DNA from: Lingula anatina
Taxonomy: Eukaryota > Animalia > Brachiopoda
Assembly (NCBI GenBank): GCA_051362555.1
Contig: CM120641.1
Location: forward strand, 43,406,401-43,470,400
DNA: 64,000 nt
Direction of reading: 5' to 3'
The notes under the pieces: generated by a model
Seen by the model: the letters and a program-made list of their open reading frames with translations, nothing else
The model's database searches: none
What the model was told of the DNA's origin: nothing
Made by a program: the position numbers and the translations under genes
Shown here: piece by piece, positions 41,201 through 55,838 of the stretch
Numbering within the stretch: position 1 is the stretch's first letter
Layout of the letters: each line of letters opens with the position of its first letter

Positions 41201-44200
41201 AAATAACATTAAAAAGAACATGGATGACTATCATAACACAAGCACCTGTCCCCCCCCCCCCCCCCCCCCCAACTACTTCCAGTTTCACTCCTCTGATCAC
41301 CTGGTTGATTAGGTTAATAACATCTCCAAATACACCCACTGAGCTATGTCAAAGCCGTCATTAACCCAGCTAATGCATAGTGAACACCCCTGGACCAAAT
41401 GATGATCAAGAGGAATGACCATATGACTCTATTGGCATGCCCAGTATGTGGCCTTTTAAATAGCCTGCGAGAGTCCCGTGTCTTGTCAGTATCACAAGGT
41501 ACAGCAATAGGGAGGGTCGGCAATTGCCCCATATTCAGCGCTGATTGAATACAAAAGAACCGAGGAAGTGTACTGTATTGGACTCAGGCATCCTTTAGTG
41601 TGATGTACATGAATAAATCATGATTCATTCCAGTGTACTCCGTGGATGGAATACCACAGAGGTCTCTGGTGGATAGGATATGTGCTAATTTCCTTAATAT
41701 TCCAGTATACACAGGAATATTTTCTAGTGTCATTCAGCCTATTAGTGACCATAGTCATAGGGATGTTATACATTGTTCTCTCCAGAAATATTTTGGATTG
41801 TTAGATGAGAAACTTGGACCCGAACACAATTATTAGGAGTTTGATGTTAGGGTCAGGCAGGTATGGTAAAATGTACATTAGATTCAATGTATAGCTCATC
41901 CAGGAAGAGTAGTCATAGAGATTGAATTAGAATTCACCTTAAACAGATACCAGATGTTTAAAAAAGAATAAACTAAATGAAGTTTGATTTTTAATGAAAA
42001 GTGAAATTTAAATTTGATGTACATAGTAAGATTACAATAAGTATGCCTACATGTATCAGAGGGTGATAGGAGTTAAATGAATGGTTATCTTTGTATCTGC
42101 AATTCTTATCTCATTGTGGTTATAGTTGGGGATATAACAGATAAAAACAGGATTATGTTCTTTATGGTCTGATGAGTGCCAGTTACATACACGTATGTTT
42201 TCCGTGCATGGCATGGTGCCCTGTCATTATTCAAGCTAGCAGAAGTAATATGGAATAACTACATGGGATTTGGTACATGGTGGTTAGATGGAATTCTTTA
42301 TGAGGTTAAAAAATTTAAATACCATTTTGTGGAAAACCTATTATGGTCACTTAAGTAACTTCAGAGGCAAATTTTTTTTTCTGTTTGTATTTGATGTACT
42401 TTAAATTTCATTTTCATTTTCACTTTCAAAGGATGGTCCAAGTTTTCAGGGAGGGAGGGTGTTGATTTTGAAACATCCATGACACATGGGGAGTTGATTT
42501 TACTTGTAAAAATAGTTTATTTTATAGAAGCTCAGTAATGTACGTTCAACTGAACTTTCCACACCCCCTCTGAATCAGCTCCTGTACGAAACGCAATGAG
42601 GAGTTAAATGTGATTTGTGGTCTTGTCTCCTATTAACATGTGCCTTGTCTGATTTTGATGATCTATTTGTCTGACAGGAAATATCACAAGTTATTTGCAT
42701 TTTAACAGGTGTAGACATGTTATGTTATCTTAAGATATGCATTGTAATGTGTGCTCGTTATATTTTTGTTTGATTCAGTATGCTATTTTTTGTTTTATTT
42801 ATCTGCAGTTGATCATCCTGTTATTGTGTTCAGAACTGTGAAACATAGTATTTTGGATATTACCTTTAGCAAATTTTATAATAATTTAAATTTTTACTTT
42901 CTTTCCACTCAGCTCAAGAATTGCCCGGTTTGGTGGCAATGCAGGAAGAATTCCTGCACCAAAACAGATCAGGCCCAAATCACCACGCACTAGTAAAAAT
43001 ATCAATGAAAGTGGCAACGTGGGAATCTGTCTTACAAATGGCACAGAGACTTCAATTCCAACTAGAAGACGTTCCACCACTTTGCCATCCCAGTACAACC
43101 TGGAAGATGATGTAGTGTTGGATCATTCCACATATACCAACATGTTACAGGAGATGACGATGATGAAGACCATGCTTCTTCAGTTGAAGAGGGCACTACA
43201 AGATGTGAGTAGCCTTGGTCACCCAGAGGATTGACTTTTGTTGTTATTTATTTATATATATATTTATTTGACTTTATTGATTGGTTGATTGATTGATTAA
43301 TTCTGCCATGAAAATAGATTCAGCTAGAAACTTGCAAATCAATTTTTTAACTAAGGCACTGGTGAATTAAGAAAAAATGTTTAAAATCTTGATGCTGTTT
43401 GTACTTGGTGAAAATGTTGCTAGCGTGAGCCTAGGGCAGTTTAAAAAAGAAAGGCAGGTTTCGTGAATTTTTGTAAGGCCATCATGAATTTCTGTAAAGA
43501 CCATACAATGTAAGAGGACATGAAAAACAATTCTTTAGTTGCATTCTGCAAGAGACACATAAGTAACCTCAAAAATGCATGACGTGCCAGTTTTTAGAAG
43601 AATGAAAAAAGATTGCACTTTCAGTTCACCTCTGGAGTGCTTATACATGTACTAAAGTCCTGCGTGGGTTGATCTTATCAACTATCTAGTAACATCCTTA
43701 TGAAACCTTTTGAATTGTGTTTCCCACACTGTGTAGCTGGGACACATTGCATGTGCTCTGTTAGATAATGGTAGTATGGAGTATGTCAGTAGTATCACCT
43801 GTATCTTGTCCAGTAGTCAGTGCTCATCTTTTTATTCTATTGAACCATTAAGAAGACCTAAAATGAAATGTTACACACACACAGAGAGAGAGAGAGAGAG
43901 AGTAGCATTAGTAGTGAGATCCACTTCTCTAAAATGCTGGTACCCCATCCAAGCTAAATTAGATGAGATTGGTGGTTTTTTTAACATCAAAAACCAATTT
44001 ATCTAAATATTGCCATTATGCTATATGGCAAGGACCTGATCATGGTAATCTATCTATATATAACCATGTATGTAGGTGAACTCTTTCACTCTATTACAAA
44101 AAATTTAACCAGATGGTATTGATTGATTGTAAATATTCTTTGGTTTTGTGTGCTGTTAGTGAACTGACACATGTAGTGGCAGATTTGTAACTGAACCCCC

Positions 44201-46664
44201 TACTGCTTCACTTAAAATTATAGTCTATATGATAAATATAATTAATGTATCAACAATACAAAGAGTTATTATCAGTAAACTGAGTTCTCTTATGCCAGTG
44301 GAAAAGGGTTTAATATGAAATCCTCAGCTATTTAAGCCAAGTGTTTTTTTTTTTTTTTCTGATGAATAAGAAGCATTTTGGGTTATATAGATGAATTTAT
44401 TGTATTTTTGTCGTGAATAACTTACATGCAAAGAATAATGATGAAAATTGCCTTTGACTGACTATTTAAACCAGCAGATGGGGCCATCTGTCAATTTAGA
44501 AAATAATTTATTTCCATGGTAATACTTCTTGTAATACTTCAATGCAGTAGCTCCATGAATTACTAGTACAGGTTTTATGGTGAAGTTTTGTAGAGGATGA
44601 AAATTTGTGGAATCATTTGTATGCATGTGTGCAGTGCACCTCCATGTTTCAGTACACATATTATCAGACAGTGTACTGAGTATGTGTACTATCTGTATGT
44701 AGGATACCGCATGCCTGACATTTCACAGATATATCTGTAACTTGCATTAATGTCCATTTTTATCAATATAGTCATCTTGACCATATTGTGACTTCAGTGG
44801 GTCAGTGGTTTATGTCTGACTGACTGACAGAAAACTGATAAAACATGTGAAAGAAGGAAGCAAATCTGTTTTTTATTATGTACAGACACAGATGTGTCTG
44901 TACATATTGCCATCACCTGCGTCTGTCGTCGCCGAAGCCGTCGCCGCCGTGCACTTTCCTTGTAAACATGATAAGTGGAAGGCAGTTTTACTTTTTGGCT
45001 TTATATTTACAGAGCTGATGAATATTCATAAAATGCAGGTCAAGTTCGAAAATCAGCATGACCAGGCCATTATTGTAGAAGTTATGCTGTTTTTTCACTT
45101 TTCAGCATATATGCAACACTGTAAACACATTTCAACCAAAACCGATAGGCCTGTTGTCATGCAACTCACAGGAAAAATTGATCTTACTAAAACGCAGGTC
45201 AAGTTCGAAAATCGGCATGATCGGGCCACTATTTTAGTAGTTATGCTTTTTTTCACTTTTCAGCATATATGCAACACTGTAAACACAATATAAGAAAAAC
45301 AGATAGGCCAATTGTCATTAAATTCACAGGAGTGGTCAATCCTGCTAAAACGCAGGTTAAGTTCAAAAATCAGCATAATCGGGCCATTATTTTAGAAGTT
45401 ATGCTGTTTTTTACATTTCCTTAGATTCAATTCTTAGGCATGTTAACAGTTTCATTATTTAATTAATAAGATATGTAAAAGTGTTTTTTTGACATTTCCT
45501 GCATCTTTACAACATTGTTAGTTGATTTTGTAAAAATGATGTTAAACTTGTTATTGTGTATTGTGTAATAAAGTTTCAAAAATGGAAATAAACTCATATC
45601 ATTGCAGTTTGTCAGATTGAATCATTCACTATGTTCAGAATCTCAGAATGGAAGAAATTGGACATTTAACACTGCTCTATTGATATTTTTCCCATTTCAT
45701 CAATTTTCTTAGTTGATCATATAAAAATGGCAGTAAACTGTTAATTTTCTTTTATGTTAAAAATTGTTAAAAATGGAAATAAACCCATTTCAGAACAGTG
45801 CTGTCTTGTTTACATTTTGGCATTTTCAAGTAGTGAGTTTGAAGTTCCATGGGCCTGAAGACCTTTGCTAGTCACATTTTCTGAATATCCATGATACTAA
45901 TATTTTATTATTAAAAATTGATGGGCATTATGCTGTTAAAAATTATGTAATATTGCATCAAAATTTGAAAAAAAACTAATTTGGGCACTGCTCCCATGAT
46001 GACCATTTAAGAAAAACCATTTCAATTACTGTTCTCAAACAGTACAGTAAATATATATAAATGTGTCTGTACATATTGCCATCACCTGCATCTGTCGTCG
46101 CCGTCATTGCCGTCGCCGGCGCCTTGCACTTTCATTGTAAACACGATAAGTGGAAGGCAGTTTTACTTTTGGGCTTTATATTTATAGAGCTGATGAATAT
46201 TCATAAAACGCAGCTCAAGTTCGAAAAATCAGGATGATCGGGCCATTATTGTAGAAGTTATGCTCTTTTTTCACTTTTCAACATATATGCAACACTGTAA
46301 ACACATTTCAAGGAAAACTGATAGGCCTGTTGTCGTGAAACTCTCAGGAGTAATCGATCTTACTAAAACGCAGGTCAAGTTCGAAAATCGGCATGCAGCC
46401 TGAGTTGGAAAAGCAGTCTAATTGGCTTCTTTTTCTGGAAGTTATACATTTTCAAAGTGTGAACTTGAACTCTCATGGGCCTGAAGCCTTATGCTTGTTA
46501 CACATTTTACTTACATTGGTATTACCTGTTGAGCATAATTAAAATTTGATGTTGAATTTGCAGTTTAACATAATGTACTTTTGCATCAGAATTGACAGTA
46601 GCCTTTTTTGTGCATAGTTATTTCCTGCTTTTTGTCTGTACATTTGACAGCTTTGCTGCCTTGT

Positions 46665-46699
<35 letters not shown>

Positions 46700-49600
46700 T
46701 TTTTTGTTGTTGATGTTGTTGTTTTAGTTTTCTGATGTTCACTATAGTTGTAATAATTTGGTTCAAATTTTGGTTTTGGAGCTTTCATGAAAATTTCACA
46801 GTCAAACATAAAATACCACTAGAATATTAATATTTCCAAACAGTGATTGCATGTGCAGAAAAAAATGATGTGAGATTATCTGTATCTGATCTGTATACAT
46901 GTGGCCAAAAAAATGTATCATCTTCAACCATCTATGTTCACAAAGGCACTTAGATGAAATTTCTCAGCTGAGTAAGTTTTCCAGTTCACTGACCTAGCTA
47001 TAATAGTGACAGGAATGCAGGTGAAGAGAAACTTAATACGTAGAGTTTCATATTTGAAGTACTGTGTTAGATAGATATTCAACTGTTAACCAAAGAAAAA
47101 CGTATTTAGCCAAATAAGTCCCAAAAATGTAAGGAAATGAATCATTTATATGGTAATTGATACTCATTCTTAATTTGTATTCAATTTTCAGACGGGTGAA
47201 GGAGGTCAGAATGAAATTAATCAGAATCTTAAGGTGAGTAGATAACCTCCCTCCCTCTCTCTCTCTCTCTCTCTCTCATTTACATTATGTAAAAAATATG
47301 ATATCTTATAAGTACATTTATGTTTATATCCCAACAGAATGGCCTACGGCAGAGTATGGGCAGCATGCCTCATGATGATGGAATGTCAGCATCTCAGTTA
47401 GATACACTCAAACAGGTACGGGCAGGCACTGTGCGTGCATGTGTGTGTGCGTGTCCTATTTTTGAGATGGAGGAGTAAGGTTTGACACCATGTCTGGGGT
47501 CAGATTTTACTTTTTATCCAAGTAATTGTTTTTATTTATCAGATCAATAACAATGTAGGGAAAAAAACGTCTGAAATTCAAACGTACATGCAAGACTTAG
47601 ATTATAATCTTAATTTGGATAAATTGTATTGCAAATATACATATGAAATGTTTTAAACCAATTAAAATTTTTAAAATTTAACAAGATTTTGTATATCTTA
47701 TTATATTTCTGGTAATAATTTCAGTTATTTTTTCAGGAAAATGAGGATTTAAAAAGACAACTTCAACATTATAAACAGAAAGATGCTGAGAAAGACAAAA
47801 CTATTAAGCAGTTACAGCAGAAAATAGTGAGAGTAGTTTAAATATATAATTTTAAAACTTTCAAACCCTATTACATTGACATAATTTTAACCTTTTGAGT
47901 CCATCTCTCCATTTATGTATAGATTAAGAATGTTTTGGTGTTTTCACTTTACATCTTTTTATTATGATTCTATTAGATTTATCTTGATTAAACTAAGTCC
48001 TTATTATACTCGTACTCGATCAAATGTTTGAAAAAAAATTAAAATCAAGTGTTTAAGAAAGAAACTTTAAGATTTAATTGGAGCGATAAAAAAAGTTCTT
48101 GTTTTGAAGAAATTATTTTAGAAACTTAAAAGACTTAATCAGACTTTATCAATCTTTTGTAGAAAAGTAAACCTTATGAAATTTTAAACTTCAGGAGTGA
48201 TCATCTTAACATGTCTTGTCACATTTCAGAGTTCTAGTTTAGAGAGTGGCCATTCCAAAACTCCAGTTGCTAGTGTCAGTCATTCTTCAACACAGACAGA
48301 CAGGGTAGGCTGGACTCAGTGTAGTTTAGAACAGGCCTTGTAAACGACAAGTGCTTTTTTGCTATCACAAGCCACAGATTTGTGATAAGGAACATCCAAA
48401 TTAATGACTCGAACCACCATATTATGGCATGAACTTAAGATTAGGGCATTGCTGCTCACAAGGCAGGGTCGAGTTCTCAAACAACCAATTGGTTTATAAG
48501 GCCTTCTTTTATATCTTCTTTTGTCTTTTATCTTCTCCTGAAAAGCTTTGTGAAAAACTGCCTACGGTCCAATTATGCAGAATGTACAACAATGGGTAAT
48601 ATTTAAAGCTAGTATTTACAGTTAATCCTAGTCAAACTGTGGTGGAATAATATCTGAAATATGACTTTTATTTTATTTTATTTTACTTTATTTATCTTAC
48701 AGCTGAGAATGTCTGTTGAGAAGAAAGTCAGAAAAACTTCCTCAGAAACATCAGAAACTGGTGCAGAGAAGGGGAAAAAAGTGATCAGGTAGATTTGATT
48801 CTATTTCAATTTTACATTGTCATTTCTTTTGTAAGAAGATCATCTTTCTTGCTTTTCTTTTGATACCTTAAACTGGAAATAAATTGATGTAGTATTTAAA
48901 AAAGGCTTCAGTCAGTATGAAATCAATTATAAAAAAATATTTTGTTGCTTATTTATTTATATAACTCGTCGCTCTGGTAACATTCTGTGTTTGGTGAAAA
49001 AGGGAAAGAAGTAAAGAAACGTAATATATTAACCTGTGCTTAGTTTAATTGACAATTTGGCATTCTTTTTCACCAACTTTGTCAAAGGTTTTCTAAAATC
49101 AAACTCAGTTGTTTGTTTTCTTACTATGACCTACTTTTATTTCCATGCTTACAAAGTTTCACAGTGGGCAAGGTAACTTGTTAAATGTTCTGCAACTGTT
49201 TGCTTGCCATGCCTCTATGTTATATATTGTACCAAAGCACTTGTTGTCCTGTGGCACTGCTGTTCATTATCTTCAGATTAACACTTACCAGTTTCTCTTT
49301 CTGCACTTGTTCACAAATAATGTTATAACTGGAGAAAATCAATTTTGATCAACTGTGGATGTAATCTTTCAGATTTCTTCAGGCTTGATTTCTGTACATA
49401 TGATGATGTTCAGTGCAGTGATTTTTGACACCAGTGTGAGTGTATTGTAAATGCGTGCGGAGTACAACTGTGCAAGCATGTGTACACACACACATGTGCA
49501 CGCACACACACACTGTTGTTTGCAGCTGTTGAATAGTTCACTTACACCAGTACAACCTGATTAGAGAACTTGGTGATGCACATTTGTAATTCAAAAACAA

Positions 49601-50997
49601 TAACAAATTCATTTTTATTAATTATGTCCATTTAGTGTTTAGTTTAAAGTTCATAATTGTTACATTTTCTGCAAACTTCCAAGGTATGGGAAAGTAGGAG
49701 TATACACTTTCAGGTAGACAGACATCTTGTGTTCAGCATGGTTTATATTTGATGTGTTGATGCTTTGGATTTCCCTGGTTTCCTGAAAGCATACTTTTTA
49801 AGAAGATATCTATGCCAAGCTATTCAGGTCTCTTGAATATAAGAATAATGACACCCTTACTGAGAATGTTTTTTCCCAAATGTACATATTTATAGCATGT
49901 TGAATTAACAGCAAAAAGTATATCATCATAGTTTGAACTTTAGCATGAAAATATATGCAAGTTAGCTTGAAGTTTTGTACCAATACACGACCTGGTGCTG
50001 ATGATTGAACACTGGAATGTTTTACCAACTTGGATTTACTTTCTGATATTTTTTAAACATGCATGGTGAATTTTGTTTCTGTTGATGGTACTTCTAGGCC
50101 AAGCAAAATAGATGTGGTATTATTTTGATTTCCTGAATTTATTCAACATTTTTTCACCCATTGGCTTGTACATTGTACTGGTGGTGGTATTTGTCACATC
50201 CCGCTCTTAATTGAGTTGTGATTGATATTGCGTTTGTGTCACATCTACTGCAATGGTATGCTTAAGTTTTTATTGTTTTAGAGACATTCTGTTTTTATTT
50301 GAATTATTTATTTATTTATTTATTTATTTTTTTATTATTATTTTATTTTTTTTGTTGTTGCCTTGGTTTAAAGTTAGTCTACCTGATTTATAGAGAAAAA
50401 GATGTGGTATATTTGCATATAGATTTAGTTTTATCTTTAAATTTGTGTTTCAGCTCTGTGACGGAGGCTCTTGATGTTCTGATGAAAAAATCAACTGAGG
50501 TAAATTATTAGAACCAAAGTGGAAATCTTGATCAATATCATAGTTTAAGAAACTATTTTTAAGTTGCAAACTCTTGTATTAAAATCAGAAAGAGAAACCT
50601 ATGCAAGGTGTTATATCAGTTTTGTGGCAGATTTTAAGTTTTGTTAAAGTACTGTTTGTGCATTTTGTGCTCTTAAATTTTGTTCCCTTCAAAAAGGTAT
50701 TTTCCCTTGTTTAAGATTAAAATGTATGGTACTTCTGCTTCATTACAGGAAGGAACAAGTTTAAGAAAGCGAATGTCTCAAGTGGAACACTCCCTCAGTC
50801 AAGTTAACAAAGACTTAAAATCAACCTCTTTGTACAGAGTGAAGTCTTCTTCAGACATTCAAGGAGGGAATTCTACAAGAAATAAGTCTAGAAAATCATC
50901 TTCGGGTTTATCCCATTCTTTTTCCATGGATAATGTTACAGCAGGTCTGGACTTCAGTTTACAAAATAGCCCAACTGCTAAAGAATCAGTGGTTTGA
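37376..50997 (+). CDS. Serine-rich coiled-coil domain protein, CCSER1/2 (FAM190)-like
   Basis: Exons at about 37376-37935, 38491-39903, 42913-43204, 47192-47233, 47338-47415, 47737-47826, 48229-48303, 48703-48788, 50454-50499 and 50749-50997 join in frame. The motifs SCSSLASDDLMID and YTNMLQEMTMMKTMLLQLKRALQD, followed by a coiled coil and STQT, resemble CCSER proteins. Confidence 0.75.
44872..46666 (+). mobile_element. Helentron-associated interspersed element (HINE)-like, with internal tandem core repeats and a duplicated 5' module
   Basis: 5' hairpin ATGTACAGACAC-agat-GTGTCTGTACAT (44878-44905), (GTC/GCC)n microsatellite, and ~160-bp cores (aaaacgcaggtcaagttcgaaaatc..) repeated about 5 times. 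A second 5' module starts at ~46062. The 3' end has sub-TIR TGTCTGTACAT (46633-46643) plus palindrome GACAGCTTTGCTGCC, with T-rich flanks. Confidence 0.8.
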
Positions 50998-53900
50998 TGT
51001 TTGCTGATTTATTTAGTAATATAAAAAGAATAATTGATTTGTGATATTCCAGTGGATTATTCTTGCATTTATCTTGTCATTGTAGCAAAAAATAGTTTTA
51101 AAAGCTATCATAAATTAAACTACATTCATCTATAGAAGAATTTCATGTGGAAGTGTTCAAGTAAAATCATTTTCAGTGAAGCTTTTTTTTTTTGCTACTT
51201 TTAAAACTAGAACAGTGGAATTCTGGGTAATTTCAAATTACCATGTAAACAGTGTGGTGTAACTTAAGTTTAAATGATCAGACAATATTGATATTGTCAC
51301 TATGAAAGAGGATATCACGAAAAAAAGTAAGGCAGTTGGCAAATTCACATGGCATTTGATCTTATAACCCTAATACAAATAAATTGACAAACAGTATGGT
51401 GACCCCTAGTAATAAACAGTCTGAATTCTGAGAGTAACATTTGCAAGTGGACTTCTTCAAAAGTCCTACACAAGTACACAATATGTAAAATAATCAGCAA
51501 TATGGTATTGGTGTTTAACTATAGGAGTTTTAAGTTCCTACATGAAATACAGTGCTGTTCAAGGATTAAAGAATTACAAAATATGTGAATTAGTCCATAA
51601 TCTTACCTTCAAAATATGGCATTATGTACTAGTTGCTATTTCAACACAGTGTTGTTGGTATCTTTAAAGTTTGTAGCACGACTTTTCATCACATGGGGTC
51701 AGTGTAAAACAAAGGCCAGGTAGTACCTCAGAAATTGCATTTGCAACTTCAATGTATCAGATCTAAAAATTCCCTTATAACTTTTGGCACTGTAGTTGTT
51801 AACAAAAACACCTACAAAAAGATGCCGTTTTAACAGTGGTTATTAACATACGGATGTTAAATAGATCAGATGTAATAAAATGACCATATCTTCAGAATAC
51901 ATGTAAATGTTGCTGTGACCAATGAGCCTTATATAGCCCAAGGTCAGTATGTGTACTTATGACATTCACTTCGTACTCTTCATTTCCTAATATAATTAAT
52001 TCACAAATGCTGAAGAATTGGTATTTCTTAATAACCAGAATGCTTCCAGGTGTCAGTTATCTACTTGCCCATAAAATATTTCAAATAAGCGCTAATTAAA
52101 TACTGGAATAATTTAATTTGAACTCTTGACTACACATATACAAATTTGCACTTCTGTTGATGCTAATTTATAAGACTCAAACCATATTGGTGTACTCCTT
52201 GTAGGTGAAGTGAAAGTAGAAATGGTGTTTTTGAATTATTCAGAATTTGATTTTGATTAGATTGTGAAATATCTGATGTCAATTTATAAATGCAAATTCA
52301 AGAAGGAAGATAATTTACGCTTAATATTACATCTTGCAGTGCATGAAAGCTGCAGAGGGTGTTTTTTTTTTATTTTTTTTTTTTTTATTATTATTTTTTT
52401 TTTTTGTAGATCCTGTGTGAAAAGCTTTGATTCCCATTCTAATTCCAAAAATATGGTCGTGCATATAACTTGCCAAGACATCAAATTATATCCCCACAGC
52501 TTACAGTTGCATTCATTTGGTGCTAAAAGCAAATTGGGTTATAATTGAAGAAATTAAGTTGTTTGGTTTGAGGTTGTGCCACGTGCTGAAATAAACTTAC
52601 ACTGACAGGTAGAAAACATATATAAGAATTTTTTCAACAGCTTAAGACAGTAATGTAGGAAGGCAGTTTGCCAGTTACCATGAAATGGCCACGTGCAACA
52701 TGCACGTCAATTAGTGTGTATTACATGTGGCAGACCGCCATTGTCCCCAAAGTGTGGCAGATATATGGATTTTGAGATTTGCTGGGATAAAATGAAGCTT
52801 GTTAAGACGGGATTATTATTATTATGATCGCCTTTGGTCTACAATGTCCAGAATTTTGTGGCTAGGGGAGCGTGTTTTTCTTGTGTGTGCTGCAAAATAA
52901 ATTATCTTAATCCAGGAAAGTCATTTGTAAGGTGTTATACATAGCGTCTGTTTACGTGCTGCCTGAGATATGTTTCAAGGAGTGACAGGTTCGAAAAAGT
53001 ATAAACTTTTACGCTTCTTTATAGTAGCTTATTTCAACAACTAATTCGCAGTTTTCCTTACAAGAATGCTAAGGGATTCACTATTGTTGTTAGTGTTGCA
53101 CACACACAAACACACACTCTTGTCAAAAGTGAAACAATAGCTTTTGTATAGTTCTTAATTACTCTAACGAAGTCTGGTTGTCCATGTGCTTAGAATTTCG
53201 TTTAGTTAAAAAAAGGAAATTTACATTGTATTTGTGCCATTTTGTGTAAGATAGATATTAATTTATTGTTTCTAACAAATGGATGATGTTCTTCAAACAG
53301 CATATGTAATAAAATAAGAAGAAAATGTTTTTTGAGTTGTTTTTTCGTTTTAGATTTTGTTTTTCAAAATTTTCTTCTCAAACTGATGTATATAAGCTTT
53401 TGCTCTGGAACAATTTGTTATATGAAGTACAGCAAGATGAGGAAATGGGTGCAAAAACAGTGCTCCAAGGCACAGTTGAAGGTGTGAAGTGTAGAGGTGA
53501 ACTAATTTAAATATAGAGTGGTACGACGTAATGCCCAAACTTGGGCATTGGCACATTGCCAAAAGGAAAGGAAAAGCGTGGTGCAAGGAGTGTCATCATA
53601 GCCCCTCCATGACCCATTATCACTGACTAAAAATATTCATAGACGGAAAAAACAGAGAGAAATGCACGTAATGCGTTTCACCTAAACGCTACTTTGTTCT
53701 GGACCACTTGTGCAATACACGACTTTCTTATCGAGATGTTTTACATATATGGCACTCTCAATACCGTTTATTGATGTTGTAAGTGAAAACTGTGCATAAA
53801 AGAAAATATCTTTAAGACAAATTCCTCAGGTCAAGGGATACTTTGAAAAAGTTAAAGGGATAACAACTCTTCGTATGAGAGATATATTTCACAATAAATA

Positions 53901-55172
53901 CACTATAGTATACAACTCATAGATATACAACATATTCTATTTTACTACAAAAGCGGTCGCAATTAATCTAAAATCTGTGTTCGTTATCGGAGCTGTGCTC
54001 TTTAGAGATTATTACAAAAAAAAAAACTTAAGAAAAATAAACAGGGACTAACTTTGAATGTAGAAATGGATTCATTAACCATTGATTAGTATGGTAATAT
54101 TGCCGTTTGCCCCTTTTTTGGCCAAAATGAACAGTTATTATCCTTTTAACATAAAAAGACCATCATCAAACCCAAGTGCAAAACACAGCTAATTGGTCAA
54201 CATAGGTGTTTTTTGACACTTTTATATTCATCAAATTTAATTATATGTTTTAATCGTCATATTTTAATTTGTGTTAAAACAACAAGAGGAGGTTTTCGCA
54301 TTCTTTTGGCCAGGTTCAATGTCCCTCCGTTTTATTTGAGCATTTTTAAAAAGAGATTTTACTTAAACGGCTTCTAAATATACTAGTAACTTAATTCTTG
54401 GGGGACCAGATTCACTTCTTATAGATGGGTCTGGGGGGATAACATTACAGATATAAAGGCAGGCATGCAAAATGAATTAATGCAAAAAGGTTTTCATCTC
54501 CTGTACGCCCCCTCCTATCCCCATCACAATAACTGGATTTAATATGGTAAGTTAACCTTTTAATTATTGTTGCCGGATGACATGCTACTAAAGTTGAAAC
54601 AACTACAAATAATTTATGTTAAGTGGTTGTATAGGTCAACTTTGAAGAAAAGTTTCTCTTTCAATATGTGGAATACGCAACTTAAACTGTAAACGTTTTC
54701 CTGATCATGAAGAATGCGGTCAAAATCACTCCGCTGAACCTGTCGGTGACCCCAAACGTTTACAGACCCTCTACTGGACATCATAAAAGCCTCAAATTCC
54801 AACTTTTGATTTTCACCCAGATTAAAAAAGAAACGCAATTCCCTTGCCTGCCAAAAGCACCAAAATTTGTAAGTTTTCTGAAATGCGGTTAAAATCAACT
54901 TCACTGTGTACTATTTGTATTCTATGCAGAAACTGGTCCATTTGTGGTATATGTGGTAATTATGACGCATATCTTCCCAACAGATACGGGTTACATGTAC
55001 CTTAGCGTGAAATAGGTTATTTACTTCTTATAAGCAACTTAAAGTGAAGGCGAAAGCGGATGCAAGCATCTTTCGGTAGTCCTCACGTGCCCGAGGTGAT
55101 GTAGGAACTGACTAAACCAAGGCATAGAGAAATAGAGTATAAGCTTAGAGTTACATTGTACAAGTTTTGAAG

Positions 55173-55797
55173 ATGATCCGAAAAGGACAACGTCTATTTC
55201 GGTTAGCCACCCAAGAGGTAAGTGACATGCATACATATATATTTTATAGTCTCTGTCGTGTCTGGGTACACTGTATCTTTTCCGTTCACTGCCTGTGATA
55301 CTGACGATAGCGAATATAGAAACTAGTTTGCAGTGCTGGGGTTTCACGTCCTCTCACTGAGTTTTAGAAATAACTGGAAACTACATGTATGCTCTATTAT
55401 CAGTATACCAACAGCATGCCTTATAATAGACACTCGGGTTGACAAAGGCTGGATCGTTGTACATGTCATTATAATTGTATTATGGGCTCGAAATGGCTGC
55501 CTTTAAAGATACCATTGAACTTATTGCTTTTTGTTTCTTATGTCGTTTATGCAGGTAACCATTCTTGTACGTAAAGATCAAAATTGCTAAAATTCTGACG
55601 GGGTTATGGCAGGGTCCTAGTTGTTATTATTGTATTAATTTAGTTGCTTAAAAGTGAAAACCACTGGTCTCTCGTGCAATCTAAATTGCATTATAACTGC
55701 TGAGAAAAAGGTGAAAAAAGTAGAAACACTGTCCCATAAAGATGCATTATATTCACTTATTATATATTGTCCCGAAGTCATGATCATTTATAAACAC

Positions 55798-55838
<41 letters not shown>

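Noticed and set aside
44990-45410. Regularly spaced repeats resembling a CRISPR array; 148-aa ORF at 44847
   Set aside because: The context is eukaryotic and the units repeat in full with no unique spacers. It is a HINE core array.
54620-54907. Transposon-like stretch ending in CACTGTG (Transib/RSS heptamer)
   Set aside because: No matching opposite TIR or TSD was found, and a single heptamer is expected by chance.
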